The position numbers and the translations under genes were made by a program. The notes beneath the pieces were generated by a model. It was not told where the DNA came from. It was given only the letters and a program-made list of their open reading frames with translations, and did not search any database. A DNA stretch of 124,000 nucleotides from Octopus vulgaris (Eukaryota), in assembly GCA_951406725.2 (NCBI GenBank), contig OX597824.1, positions 32,260,001 to 32,384,000 on the forward strand, read 5' to 3'. This document shows positions 26,599 through 40,235 of the stretch, one piece after another (the stretch's first letter is position 1; every line of letters starts with the position of its first letter).

Positions 26599-29500
26599 GA
26601 TCCTCACATTCTTTTTATTTATATCAAGAAATAAACAGTCGAATGTATTCTTAATTCTAGAATATAACAACTTTTTCGAACAAACCGAATGACCTAATTG
26701 ATTCGCGAGCTTCAAGTATTGATATTATTGCGTCAATATTTTGAAATTGCATCATACAAATTGCATCATACAAATTGACAATCAGAATCGATCAGTGTGA
26801 CAGTTAAATACTAACAAGAAAACCTATCGATTGACTAGTTAAAATCTATTTTAGCTCTCACAGATTTAGTTAATGCCAAATGAATAAGTTACTTCACCTT
26901 CAACGAGGGTGGATTCTAGCTTTCACGTATTCGCCAGACGGGCTAAAAAATAGACAGTCTGTCACTCCCAAAATTCACACCTTAATGTTTGCAAAAAGGT
27001 CACATTGGATACTGTAGTCACAGACAGGGCCCTCTCAACAACAGAAAGGACCCCCTACATACATAACCATTGGGCCCTTAAACTTACAGAGATCTCGGGT
27101 AAGTGTGCTGTGTACCTATGCCTCCTGAAAATCTAGGTGTGATGGCTATGATCGGAATGTCTCAATCAATGCCTACTTGAGTCTAAAATGCAACAATTAA
27201 TACTTTAGGAATTTAACTATATATTGATATAATTCAGCGACACATTAAGGTACGAAATGTAGTTAACCATAGAAATCGGAAAAAAAAAAAATTTGGAATA
27301 AAATAAAGTAACGAGGAATGAGGGTTTATTTTGAAATTGAACCCAGGAATAACATAAGAATTAGAAAGAGTGGGGAAAAAATTACTTGTGCAGTAAACTG
27401 TTATAACAAGTAAATACTGAAGAAAATAATTTAAAATATTGATATATTACGTTAGAAATACATATATCTAAATATTGCAAATATTTCCCTGGTTTACGCT
27501 AACATCAAGGCTGGTACTATCAGAAACTCGGCGACGACTTGCACACGTGTTTTATGTGTACGCAAGCATATTTATAGCTCAAAAGAGAATTTCCTGATGA
27601 AAGTATGAGAACATTTCACAAGTTTATGATTGCATCATCATCATGGAAAGAGAAGCGGAAGATAAAAAAAAAAGTAACTTCATAAGAAATAAGAACAAAA
27701 CAAAATTGAAAAAAAAAAAAAAACACCCGATGTATTCTATATTTAAAATTAACACGTATATAATAGAAACAGACATATATAGCTGTGTGTACAAATGTTC
27801 TACACTGACATATCCGAAAGAATTAAAAATCATCGCATTACAATAAGCATACACATCCAAACGTGTGTGTGTGTACGTATATGTGTATTATAACTTCTGC
27901 ATTTACATTATTTTGAAATAAAGAAACTGAAAAATAAATATTCTGGTTATATCGTCTATTCCTTAAAATAGTTATAGGAGAGACTTAAAAGGCTGAGATG
28001 ATGCAGAATAACTGGCGACTTTAATTGTTTAAATCATGACTAACTTTATATAATTATACCAGTAACGCACTGGGGTCGATGTAATCGATTTAATCCCTTT
28101 GTCTGTCCTTGTTTGTCCCCTCTATGTTTAGCCCCTTGTGGGTAATAAAGAAATATATTATTATTATTATTAAATATTAGGAAATACTTTAAGGTAAGAT
28201 CAGAAAGACTATTTTCTGATGTTAAATTATAAATAAACTACATGATTCATTTCAAACTCTAGGTAGTTTCGGTGATTGGTGGGGGGTCATAGGGAAGTGA
28301 GAAAGAGTATATTATTGTTGGAAATAGTAATGATAAAGTATGCTTACCGACAGCAGCATTTTGTGAGTCGATATTGAGTTTGAGAGGAGCCATGGTCAAA
28401 GACGACACTAAGCAACAGTCCGCTACAAAGGGTGAAAGGAATAATGCTGGCAGAAAAGGGAGGTAAATCTTGAGTAAGGGAAGACAACTACGGCAGTGCG
28501 ATTCAGTAATATTCTGCGTGATGGTGGTGGTGGGGTTCTGTGTGAGGGCGCGTGGCTTAGTGGTTAGGGCATTCGGCTCATGATCGTAAGGTTGTGAGTT
28601 CGATTCCCGGCGACGCTTTGTGTCCTTGAGCAAGACACTTTATTTCACGTTGCTCCAGTCCACTCAGCTGGCAAAAATGAGTTGTACTTGTATTTCAAAG
28701 GGTCAGCCTTGTCACTCTCTGTGTCACGCTGATTATCCCCGAGAATTACGTTAAGGGTACACGTGTCTGTGGAATGCTCAGCCATTTGCACGTTAATTTC
28801 ACGAGCAAGCTGTTCCGTTGATCGTATCAGCTGGGACCCTCGTCGTCGTAACCGGCGGAGTCTTTAAAGGTGGGGTTCTGTTGTAATTACACTTATAGTT
28901 AGGTTAACTGGCATATTGAATAAGAATAAGTTTAATATAGCTGCTGTTTACTCAATACGAGTAGAATAAATGTAGGAAGAGTATGGGATGGATTAACTGT
29001 ACAAAGTTGTCATCATTTAACCCCAGGCCAACTCTATTTGAGCAGACCTATGATCAAAGGTATTCCAGCTTGTCATTTTAGGGATGTGTAGGACAACACT
29101 ATATAATGTGTCCACACAGTATGGTGTAATTTGAGGGACATTTAGTTGCTATTTTTAGCTGGTGGAACAACCACAAAGATACCCTCATTGGCTTGGGAAG
29201 TTCAAAGTATTTGAAAACTAAAAGCCCTAAATTGTTTATGATTATATACAATTTTTAATAATAATATAATAATGAAATTATTGTATAGTGCTCAGGTGCA
29301 CCACAACGAAAAGTTGTGTTCCCCAGTCCCCATTTTGTTGTCTCCTGACTTCCAGAAAAAAAAAAAAATGGATATTTTTTTTTTAATGACATTTTCTACA
29401 AATGCGCTTCAGATGGTGCAGGTTCCGATCATCGTTAGGAAAGACTTCCTCCCGCCCCTCCCCATTTTCTCGCAAATTATTGTTTAAAAAAAAATTTCTT

Positions 29501-29621
29501 TTTGCCAAAACCCCACCTTTTCGGATACGGAGATTGCGGAAAATTGTCAAAAATCGGAATTTTGAACTATTTTGTACCCCCACTCCTTCCCCCAATTTCT
29601 TCTTTTTCACTTTTTCCGTAA

Positions 29622-29693
29622 CCTAACCCTAAAACCCTCACCCTAAAACCCTAAAACCCTCACCCTAAAACCCTAAAACCCCAACCCTAACCA
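29622..29693. repeat. Degenerate telomere-like (CCCTAA/CCCTAAAA)n tract
   Basis: cctaaccctaaaaccctcaccctaaaaccctaaaacc... Confidence 0.7.
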
Positions 29694-32069
29694 TAAGTAG
29701 AAAAATCTTTTGAAATTTTTTCAGAATCATAATCTCCGTATATTTCCAGATATTTTGATGTTTTGGAAAAAAAGTTAAAATAAAGAATTAGTGGTGGTGG
29801 TGGTGTGTGTGTGTGTGTGTGTGTGGGGGGGGGGGGGGTAATTTAAAAATGCCGATTTTTGCCAATTTTTTGCAGATTCGTATTCTCCGTAACTGAAAAC
29901 AGGGGTTGTGTAGAAAAAAAAATTAAATAAATAAAAAAGGAGTATTTTTTGTTGGGTACAAAACGAAGTCTTGCCTCATAACTTTCAGAAAAATGAGTAC
30001 TTTCAGTGAAATTTTCAGCAAATTCCTTTCCGAGTGTGTGAATTACGATTATATCAGAATTTGATGTGAACAAAAAAATGGCGAACACGCACACATACAT
30101 ACTGATACACATCACGATTTTTTTTTTTGAAATTTCAAGTTTCATTTTGTAGATATATGTGATACCGTTTTCAGTATGAGCCCACCAATTTTTTTTTCTT
30201 TTTTTCATATTAAATTCCGATATATATTTCTTTACTGCCCACAGGGGGCTAAACATAGAGGGGACAAACAAGGAGAGACAAACGGATTAAGTCGATCACA
30301 TCGACCCCAGAGCGAAACTGCTACTTTATTTATCGACCCCGAAAGGATGAAAGGCAAAGTCGACCTCGGCGGAATTTGAACTCAGAACGTAACGACAGAC
30401 GAAATACATATTTCTTTACTACTCACAAGGGGCTAAACACAGAGAGGACAAACAAGGACAGACAAACAGATTAAGTCGATTACATCGACCCCAGTGCGTA
30501 ACTGGTACCTATTTAATCGACCCCGAAAGGATGAAAGGTAAAGTCGACCTCGGCGGAATTTGAAATCAGAACGTAGCGACAGACGAAATACGGCTACGCA
30601 TTTCGCCCGGCGTGCTAACGTTTCTGCCAGCTCGCCGCCTTCCGATATAATTGTAATCTACATACTCTGAAAGATATTTGTCGGAAATTTCATTAGAAAA
30701 AAAAAAAAAGAAAAAGAAAATAATAATTTTTTTGAAAGTTATGAGGAAACAAAGGTGACTCGTTTGATTTTTCTGAAACTCTTCTCCCTACCCACGGAGA
30801 AATTTTTTCTTCACAAATTTAGATATAATCGGAATTCACACTATCTGAAGCGTGTTTGTAGAAAATGTTATTAAAAAATATCAGTTTTTATGGCTGTTAT
30901 GAGGAAACAAAGTCGTGGTAGGGGGACACTCTTGCGTAGGTATGCCAGTTAACTTGAGGGTAGCGAGGTGATTGAATCGCGTGAAAGTTTCAAAGAGAAT
31001 AATGAGATCAGAAAGTTCCCTTGTTTAATTAATGTCTAATTATGACAGTGTAATTCAACGAATAAGAGTTTGCGTTGGAGTTTCTATTGTAATTCCATTC
31101 ATAGCCTGGTTTCTTAACTAGAAAGATGGTCGAGTCGACTGTATCGTGAGAACTTCGGCCTTTGTTCTCTATCTCAGTGCTTGGAGGTCAAATCCCGCCG
31201 AAATTGAGGCTGATTAATAAACTAACTGATCAGTACTGGAGTTAATTCCCCTCTCTCTGTCATAATCTTTTCTAAGTTTGGCACAAGGCCAGCAATTTTG
31301 AGGGGAAGAGAAGGTCAATTGCATCGACTCCAGCGCTTAACTGGTACTCATTTTATCGACGTCCCAAAATGTGGAAGGCAAAGTCGACTTCGGCGTAGTT
31401 TGAACTCAGAGCATGAAGAGCCGGAAGACAAGCCGCTAAGTATTTGGTCCGATGCGGTAACGATTCTGCCAGCCCACCACCTCTGTTTATCTATCAAAAT
31501 AATTCCATTAATTGTCTGGTCTCGCCTCGTTACCTTAGTACACGGTCCAGCTCATAGGTATTATTGCGCTTATCTCAATTCTTTCAAATAACTATCAAAT
31601 ACCTCTTCTTATTTCTTTGTTGCCCACATGGGGCTAAACACAGAGAGAACAGACAAACGGATTAAGTCGATTATATCGACTCCAGTGCGTAACTGGTACT
31701 TATTTAATCGATCTCGAAAGGATGAAAGGCAAAGTCGACCTCGGCGGAATTTGAACTCAACGTAACGGCAGACGAAATACCTATTTCTTTACTACCCACA
31801 AAGGGCTAAACACAGAGGGGACAAACAAAGACAGACAAACGGATCAAGTCGATTACATCGATCCCAGTGCGTAACTGGTACTTATTTAATCGACCCCGAA
31901 AGGATGAAAGGCAAAGTCGACCTCGGCGGAATTTGAACTCAGAACGCAGCAGCAGACGAAATACGGCTAAGCATTTCGCCCGGCGTGCTAACGTTTCTGC
32001 CAACTCTTCTGACGTACCATTCATCAGCTTCAGTTTTTTTCGTGGCGTCAGATCAAAAGGATTCAGTCA

Positions 32070-32824
32070 TCTATATATATAAAAGTGAAGTTGTGTGAGT
32101 GTCTGTCTCCTACGATTTAGATTCCTAATTACTCCCACATTTTGCGGTGCAGTTTAACCAAATTCGGGTATCTTATAGTCGTGATTCATATCGAGCCCTT
32201 CTGGGTATTAGCGCGCGTCTACGATGAGTCTACGATTTTAAAAATAATTTACCATAATTTTTTTCCATTTTAACGCATATTTTTTCAGTGTCGATGGCGA
32301 CGGAGTTGGCGTCCATGCTCACACCTGCACCTGTGTTACTTCTCCCCCTTCTTACCTCCCTCGTGAAGCTGTGGGGAAGGGAGTGTAAGGAAATCAACGT
32401 CGTAAAGCGTTGTCAAGGAGACCAGCGTTCTTTTAGAACAACGACTTCATGGCTTGAAGACACCAAAACAGAAACGGCTAAGAAAGCCCGAAAGCAAATT
32501 CTACAAAATCGGGAAACACGCCACACAGAGAAGGTTTCCCGTGCAAATAATTTGCACAACCGAATGTTATAGTTGTTGCACAACTTTTACTTAAAAAATA
32601 TTATCCAAACACAAACTTTTGAAGGCAATATTGTATGGCGATGGTACTTGTAAAATATGGTAATGGATTTAGTAGCCAAAAGGAGAGAGCAGAGGCATAG
32701 TATGGTGGTGGTGGAGGCGGTGGTAGTGGCAGCGGTGGTGGCGGTGGTGCTGGTAGTGGTGATGGTGGTCGTGGTCGTGGTGGTCGTCGTGTTTGTGGTG
32801 GTGGTGGTGGTGGTGGTGGTGTTG

Positions 32825-32856
<32 letters not shown>

Positions 32857-33756
32857 GGTGGTGGTGGGAGTAGTGATGATGGTGGTGGTGGTGGTCGTGG
32901 TGATGATGGTGGTGGTGGTGGTGGTTGTGGTGGTCTTCGTGATGGTGGTGGTGATGGTCATGGGCGTAGTGGTGGTGGTGGTCATGGTGGTAGTGGTGAT
33001 GGTGTTGGTCGTGGTGGTGGTGGTGGTGGTGGCTGAAGCTGTCGTCTGGGTTCTTCCAATTTTTTCGTGTGTCGGTGGCGGCGTTGGCGTTCATGCTCGC
33101 ACCTGCACCTGTGTAGCTCCTCCCCTTCTTCCCTCCCTCGTGAAGCTGTGGGGAAGGCAGGGTAGGGAAATCAACGTCGTAAAGCGTTGTCAAGGAGACC
33201 AGCGTTCTTTTAGAACAACGACTTCATGGCTTGAAGTCGCCAAAACAGAAATCGCTAAAAAAGCTGAAACAGATCCACAAAAACGGCAAAAACCGCCACA
33301 CAGGGCAGGTTTCCTGTGCAAACAATTTGCACAACCGAATGTTTTAGTTGTTGCACAAATCTTTATATATAAAAGTGAAGTTGTGTGTCTGTCTCCTACG
33401 ATTTAGATTCCTAACTACTCCTACATTTTGCGGTGCAGTTTAACCAAAACCGGGTATCTTATAGTCGTGATTCATATCGAGCCCTTCTGGGTATTAGCAC
33501 GCGTCTACGATGAGTCTACGATTTAAAAAAAAATTTACCATCATTTTTTCCATTTTAATGCATTTTTTCGCTATTATATAAGGGAAGTAACTCTCTAAAA
33601 ATGTCTACGATGAGTCAACGATTAAAAAAAAAATTACCATAATTTTTTATTCCATTTTTAATGCATTTTTTTGCTATTTTTTTGCTATAACTCTCTAAAA
33701 ATGCTTATATTGTTATTTCCCTTACAAACACGAGCAACGCCAGGCGATACTGCTAG
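32070..33756 (+). mobile_element. Non-autonomous Helitron, two head-to-tail units, carrying a (GGT)n-rich array
   Basis: TCTATATATATAAAA 5' end, repeated at 33360; 3' hairpin gagcaacgcc.ggcg + CTAG. Confidence 0.8.
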
Positions 33757-33914
33757 CTACATATAACAGAACGTGTCTCGTCGGTTACGCTAGTAAAAGG
33801 AGACTACAACAACATGAGTGAGTGACAATAAGAGACGCTAAATGCAGGCGAACTGCAGTAAGTTCTGAAGTCACTTGTATTTTAATGAAAATGAAACAAA
33901 ATTTTTATCGTAAA

Positions 33915-34236
33915 CTAGCAGTATCGCCCGGCGTTGTTCGGATTTGTAAGGGAAATAACTATATAAGCATTTTTAGAGATGTAAAGTATAATAGCCATCT
34001 CAATATGGCTAACCACAAAGGGTGTGTGTGTGTGTTACTGTAGCTTTTTACGTTCTGAGATTTAATAATAAATTTTTAGAGAGTTACTTCCCTTATATAT
34101 GCCAAAAATGCATTAGAAATGGGAAAAATTGATGGTAAATTGTTTTTTAAATCGTAGACTCATCGTAGACGCGCGGTAATACCCAGAAGGGCTCGATATG
34201 AATCATGACTATAAGATACCCGGTTTTGGTTAAACT
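33915..34236 (-). mobile_element. Non-autonomous Helitron, 5'-truncated
   Basis: Reverse copy of the same family with hairpin + CTAG. Confidence 0.75.
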
Positions 34237-34239
34237 CTC

Positions 34240-36188
34240 TTTTATATATCGTAAATTATATCAATTTCAAACACACAAAATCACATATCGAATCTTTTCC
34301 TTTTGAACGGCACATTGTAACATAATTTCTAGGTAACTAAAAGGTTTTAAACTTCGTATACTGGTATACTGCATCTAGGGCAGTCAACTGTGTTGGGAAT
34401 GATATTAAGGACAACTTGAATAGAACTTGGTACCAACAATCGTCTTGTAAACAACTGTTCTTAGACAAAAGACTGACCTTTCATTGACCAGTGTTTACTC
34501 ATCCATTCTTCTGGTGTAGAGGATTTCCCGCTCCTTGGTACAGAACAAGTTCTTATTCATTTCAGTCGTAGATGACTGCCCAAGATGCAATTTACCATGT
34601 ACATTGCGCGAAAATACAAACATCTTCCGATGTGGAAGGACTGTTCGCCGTCGAAGGCAAAGGCCAACGCAATGTGGATATTCAATATCCCTATACAGCA
34701 ACACATTTTTGGAGCGGAGTCAGCTACCACCCTGTAAAATCTTGTTATTTGTGAATTACTTCCTTACAGACTGTTGGTCGCACGCATTAGACGTGGAAAA
34801 TTTGAACATTTCGTATCCGACCTCAATTGATTGGCGATCCTTCTGCTCCGAGGTTTGTCAGCATTGGGTAGAGAATTACCAGGACCAAATCGGTGGACCA
34901 GGAGTTGAAGTGGAGATCGATGAAACAGTTACTGTAAGGAGAAAATACAATCGCGGAAGACTCACAAAAACTATCTGGCTTTTCGGTGGGATAGAGCGAA
35001 TAGGCAAAAAAAAAGTTTTGATACCTCTTTCATCTGAGTGTGGTGAAGAGGAAAGGCGAGATGCCGCCACGCTGATCCCCTTAATTACCCGATATATACG
35101 CCAAGGGTCGGTAGTATATAGCGATTCTTGGGCTGCATATAACTCTCTTGGAAATCTCGGGTATACCCACTTCCGCATCAACCACAGTGAAAACATTTGT
35201 GGATCCGACAAACGCGTCGGTGCACACACAGACGATAGAGAGATTGTGGGGGTCAGTGAAGAGATCGGTTGTTCGCCCAGACATTCGTGCCTGTTACTTA
35301 AAACAATACCTCGCGAAGTTCCTTTTTATGGACAGCATTAAACCTGCTGCCAAGAGAATACACGTATTCTTATTGGCAGCAGCAAGTCTTTATCCTGGCC
35401 CGAGATAATTTTTTCCTCCAAACGCAACCCATCTCATTTCTTTATCAACACTGTCGATGGACCACTCAAAGAGGTATGTATACATTATCATTTTCGTAAC
35501 ATAATTTCTGTAGTATTTCAAGATGTTTCTGACACGTATTTTGATTCACATGGCGGAGATCCAACATTTCTTCACTTTTTCCAGAATTTCTTCTCTTTAT
35601 TTTTTTTTTTTTGCGAAATATGTACAAAAATACGGAGTTTATGATTCATGTGTGAGTGTGTGTTCTTGATACTCGTTTAGAACAAGTAGTTTTACACCAA
35701 TTACACTATTTTTTCTTAGTTTAAAGGTCGTGGACTGAAGATGGGAAATTTCCGAAGCCTCTCTCCCACCCCCTTTCGCGAGCGCGCATTTTTTTTTATC
35801 ATATTCGTTTAGAGCGAGTTGTTTTACACCTATTACGCTGTTTTTGTTTTTGTTTTTGTGCCCGGTTCAGACGCTTTCGGAAATTCCCGATATAAATATT
35901 CCGAGGCCTCTCCCCCACCCCTCTTTCGCGAGTGCGCATTTTTTTGTCATATTCGTTTAGAGCAAGTTGTTTTACACATATTACACTATTTCTTTTTTGT
36001 TTTGGTGCCCGGGTCAGCCCCTCAGACGCTTTCGGAAATACCCGATGTGAATTTTCCGAGGCCTCTCCCCCCCCCCCTTTCGCGTGCGGGCATTTTTTTT
36101 TCATATTCGTTCATAGGAAGTTGTTTTACACCTATTACACACATTTTTTTTTTATTTTCTGAAAGGCGTAACGCTTTATATTAACCAT
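34240..36188 (+). mobile_element. Merlin-superfamily DNA transposon (IS1016/ISXO2-like DDE transposase, 34535-35408, one frameshift); left end truncated
   Basis: CPRC zinc-ribbon-like N-terminus; VEIDET, YSDSWAAY and HTQTIERLW (D,D,E); RKYNRGR; three ~130-150-bp subterminal repeats at 35745-36135. Confidence 0.85.
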
Positions 36189-36246
36189 ATATATATATAT
36201 ATATATATACCGCGAGTCCACTGCCCTAACTACTAGGCTATTGCGC

Positions 36247-36333
<87 letters not shown>

Positions 36334-36584
36334 TGATGTTTCGTTTGTCGTAGCACACGTTTCCGTCGATTTCCTCCGTCGATTTCCGTAAAAAATGTAA
36401 ACACTGAATCGGCCATACATACATACATACATACATACATACATACATACACACATACATACATACACACATACATACACACACATACATACACACACAT
36501 ACATACATAGATACATACACACACACACATACATGCAGACATACATATACACATACACCGAGTAAAAAATTACACTGAATCGGC

Positions 36585-36618
<34 letters not shown>

Positions 36619-36880
36619 TACTTACACACACACACACACACACACACATACATACACACACACATACATAGATACATACACACACACACATACATATACA
36701 CATACACCGAGTAAAAATTTCAGTTATCTCTCTCTTTCACACATTACTTTCTCTGTCTCTTCGCACGCACTAACAGAAGCACTTCACTTACACAGCATAC
36801 TGTCTGTCTCCCACACCCCATCAAACACACACACGGGGACTTCAAAAAGAAATTCACTCGTCATAAAATTGCTCGTCATA

Positions 36881-36915
<35 letters not shown>

Positions 36916-36953
36916 CCGTGAGTCCGCTGCCCTAACCACTAGGCCATTGCGCT

Positions 36954-36993
<40 letters not shown>

Positions 36994-36996
<3 letters not shown>

Positions 36997-37506
36997 ATAT
37001 ATATAAAACTGTAGTTGTGTGAGTGTCTGTCCCCTTCGATTTAGATTCCTAACTACTCCCACATTTTGCGGTGCAGTTTAACCAAATTCGGGTATCTTAT
37101 AGTCGTGATTCATATCGAGCCCGTCTGAGTATTAGCGCGCGTCTACGATGAGTCTACGATTTTAAAAATAATTTAACATAATTTTTTATTCCATTTTAAT
37201 GCATAATTTTTCGTGTGTCGATGGCGGCGGAGTTGGCGTCCATGGTCACACCTGCACCCGTTTGCTTCTCCCCCTTCTTCCCTCCCTCGAGAAGCTGTGG
37301 GGAAGGGAGTGTAAGGAAATCAACGTCGTAAAGCGTTGTCAAGGAGACCAGCGTTCTTTTAGAACAACGACTTCATGGCTTGAAGACACCAAAACAGAAA
37401 TGGCTAAGAAAGCCCGAATTGGCATCTATAAGGGAAGTAACTCTCTAAAAATGCTTATATAGTTATTTCCCTTACAAACCCGAGCAACGCCGGGCGATAC
37501 TGCTAG
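36994..37506 (+). mobile_element. Non-autonomous Helitron (same family)
   Basis: TC start, cccgagcaacgccggg hairpin, CTAG end. Confidence 0.8.
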
Positions 37507-37549
37507 TATATATATATATATACATACATATATATATATACATATATAT

Positions 37550-37618
<69 letters not shown>

Positions 37619-37877
37619 GCGCAATGGCCTAGTGGTTAGGGCAGCGGACTCGCGGTCGCAGGATCGCGGTTTCGATTCCCAGACCGGGTGTTGTGAGTGT
37701 TTATTGAGCGAAATCACCTAAAAGCTCCACGAGGCTCCGGCAGGGGGTGGTGATCCCCGCTGTACTCTTTCACCACTCTTTCTCGCATAGCCAGCAGGGT
37801 GGCGTCATTTGAAGGCTAAAAAACAATGCGAACGCATTGTGACCAGCGATGTGTAACAACATCTGATGGTGTGGTCT

Positions 37878-37938
<61 letters not shown>

Positions 37939-37974
37939 TGATGGTCTGGTCGTGATATATATATATATAAGATT

Positions 37975-38660
37975 GAGAAATTGACAAGCGAGAGGAAGTA
38001 AGGAGGATGACAGCGAAGAAGCTGGACTACTTATAGTAGGGTTTTGTGATGTTCAGGAAGTGTTGCCGGTATTGTTGTTTATGTTTCGATTTGTGTTTGG
38101 ACTTTAATGTTGAATTATGATGTTTGAAAAAGAGACTCTGTAAAAAGAACGTGTAATCTGTTTAAGAAAAAAAGAACTGTAAGATGTGTTTCTAAAAGGA
38201 AAAGAACATTGTGTAAGAAAGAAAAGAGAAAGACTTTGTTTTGATTGTTTTCCAAATTCTGTAATGTGCATGTCAACTGATTGTTGTCGGACGTTGTATT
38301 TTGCTGAATGCCATTGATTGTTTTTTTAAAACTCTGTGTACGATCTGTTAAATGTATTTGAAACGTATTACCTTTAATTGATGTTGTAAAAATTATATAA
38401 ATTGTTGTTAAATGTAAGAAACTGCCTCCGCTGTCTCTCTTCCTTTGTTGTTGTCTCCGGTCACTAGTTTGCGTTCGCTGTCAATTTCCGCTTTCAGTGG
38501 TGGACCTCCGATCTGACTGAGCGTAGTCGTCGTCGCTCGACTTAGGGTCCTGAGCCGAGTTGAGCGACGGCACGTCGTAACAACTGGTGTCAAAAGTGGG
38601 ATATTTTGATTGCTGCAGTTAATCGGTTGTTTGCCATGGAAGCACACTCTAAGTTGTATA
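37975..38660 (+). mobile_element. LTR remnant followed by a primer-binding site
   Basis: ...TAACA-ac-TGGTGTCAAAAGTGGGAT at 38585-38602, a near match to the complement of a tRNA-Leu 3' end. Confidence 0.6.
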
Positions 38661-39035
38661 GTATAGTATAAAAGATAGGTAAGGCCGGTCTATGGAGTTT
38701 ACCCTGGGTTTCACGTCCATAAAGCGCTTAGCTTTACAGCGTATCATCAGACAGGTTTTGAGGTCTGATGATAAAGCAATGCTTTATGGAAGTGAAACCC
38801 AGGGTAATCCCATAGACCGGCCTTATCTATCTTTATAATATATAAAGGAGTGGCTGTAGGTAAGTAGCTTGCTTACCTACCACTTGTTCGCGTTCAGTCC
38901 CACTGTGTGACTCCTCGGGCAAGTGTCTTCTTCTATAGCCGCGGGCCGACCAAAGCCTTGTGAGTGGATTTGGTAGAAACTGAAAGAAGCCTATGTGTGT
39001 GTATATATATGTATCTATATCTATATCTATATCTA

Positions 39036-39135
<100 letters not shown>

Positions 39136-39351
39136 GTATGTATGTATGCATATGTTAGTGTGTCCTGTGTTTGTCCCCCCACCATCACTTGACAACCGAT
39201 GTTGGTGTGTTTACCGCGACTTAGCGGTTCGGCAAAAGAGTCTGATAGAATAAGTACTAGGCTTACAAACAATAAGTTCTGGAGTGGATTTGTTCGACTA
39301 AACGCGGTGCTCCAGCATGGCCGTAATAAAATGATTGAAACAATTAAAAGA

Positions 39352-39382
<31 letters not shown>

Positions 39383-39400
39383 TGTATGTATGTGCGTATG

Positions 39401-39446
<46 letters not shown>

Positions 39447-39488
39447 CATGCATACATACATACATGCATTATACACACACACACACAC

Positions 39489-39550
<62 letters not shown>

Positions 39551-40186
39551 TATGAAGGCGCATTCGGCTCACGATTGTAAGGTCGTGAGTTCAATTCCCG
39601 GCGACGCGTTGTGTCCTTGAGCAAGACATTTTATTTTTCCTGTTGCTCCAGTCCATTCAACTGGCAAAAATGAGTTGTACCTGTATTTCAAAGTGCCGGC
39701 CTTGTCACACTCTGTGTCACGCTGAATCTCCCTGAGAACTACGTTAGGGGTACACGTGTCTGTGGAGTGCTCAACCACTCACACGTTAATTTCACGAACA
39801 AGCTGTTCCGTTGATCGTATCAGCTGGGACCTTCATCGTCATAACCGACGGAGTGCTCCTACTAGTGCTCCTATGTATCTATATTTATATATATGTGTAC
39901 ATATAAACTAAAAGTGATGAGGTAAAAGTGGTGAATATATGGTTATTTAACCACCTGACATCCTTAGAGTTACGGGTGTTTCGCAACCTTTTTCATGTAG
40001 TATGAATTTCAGTGTGAAAGAAATTAAGCTTTCATGGTTGTATTAAAATGCTCGGTATTAAACAATACAGTTGTATATACACAAACCAATGGAAGCAAAG
40101 AAAGCTAGCTCCTGGGATCACTAGAACATCATGGTTATATTAACGACCAACTCGATGTGTGTATGTATATGTCTGTGTGTATGTGT

Positions 40187-40235
<49 letters not shown>

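Noticed and set aside
32587-33406. Long poly-Val/Thr/His ORFs (132-249 aa)
   Set aside because: Translations of a (GGT)n array inside a Helitron.
34535-35408. Bacterial IS1595 element, contamination or recent bacterial transfer
   Set aside because: Embedded among host SINEs, Helitrons and microsatellites; eukaryotic Merlin is the simpler explanation.
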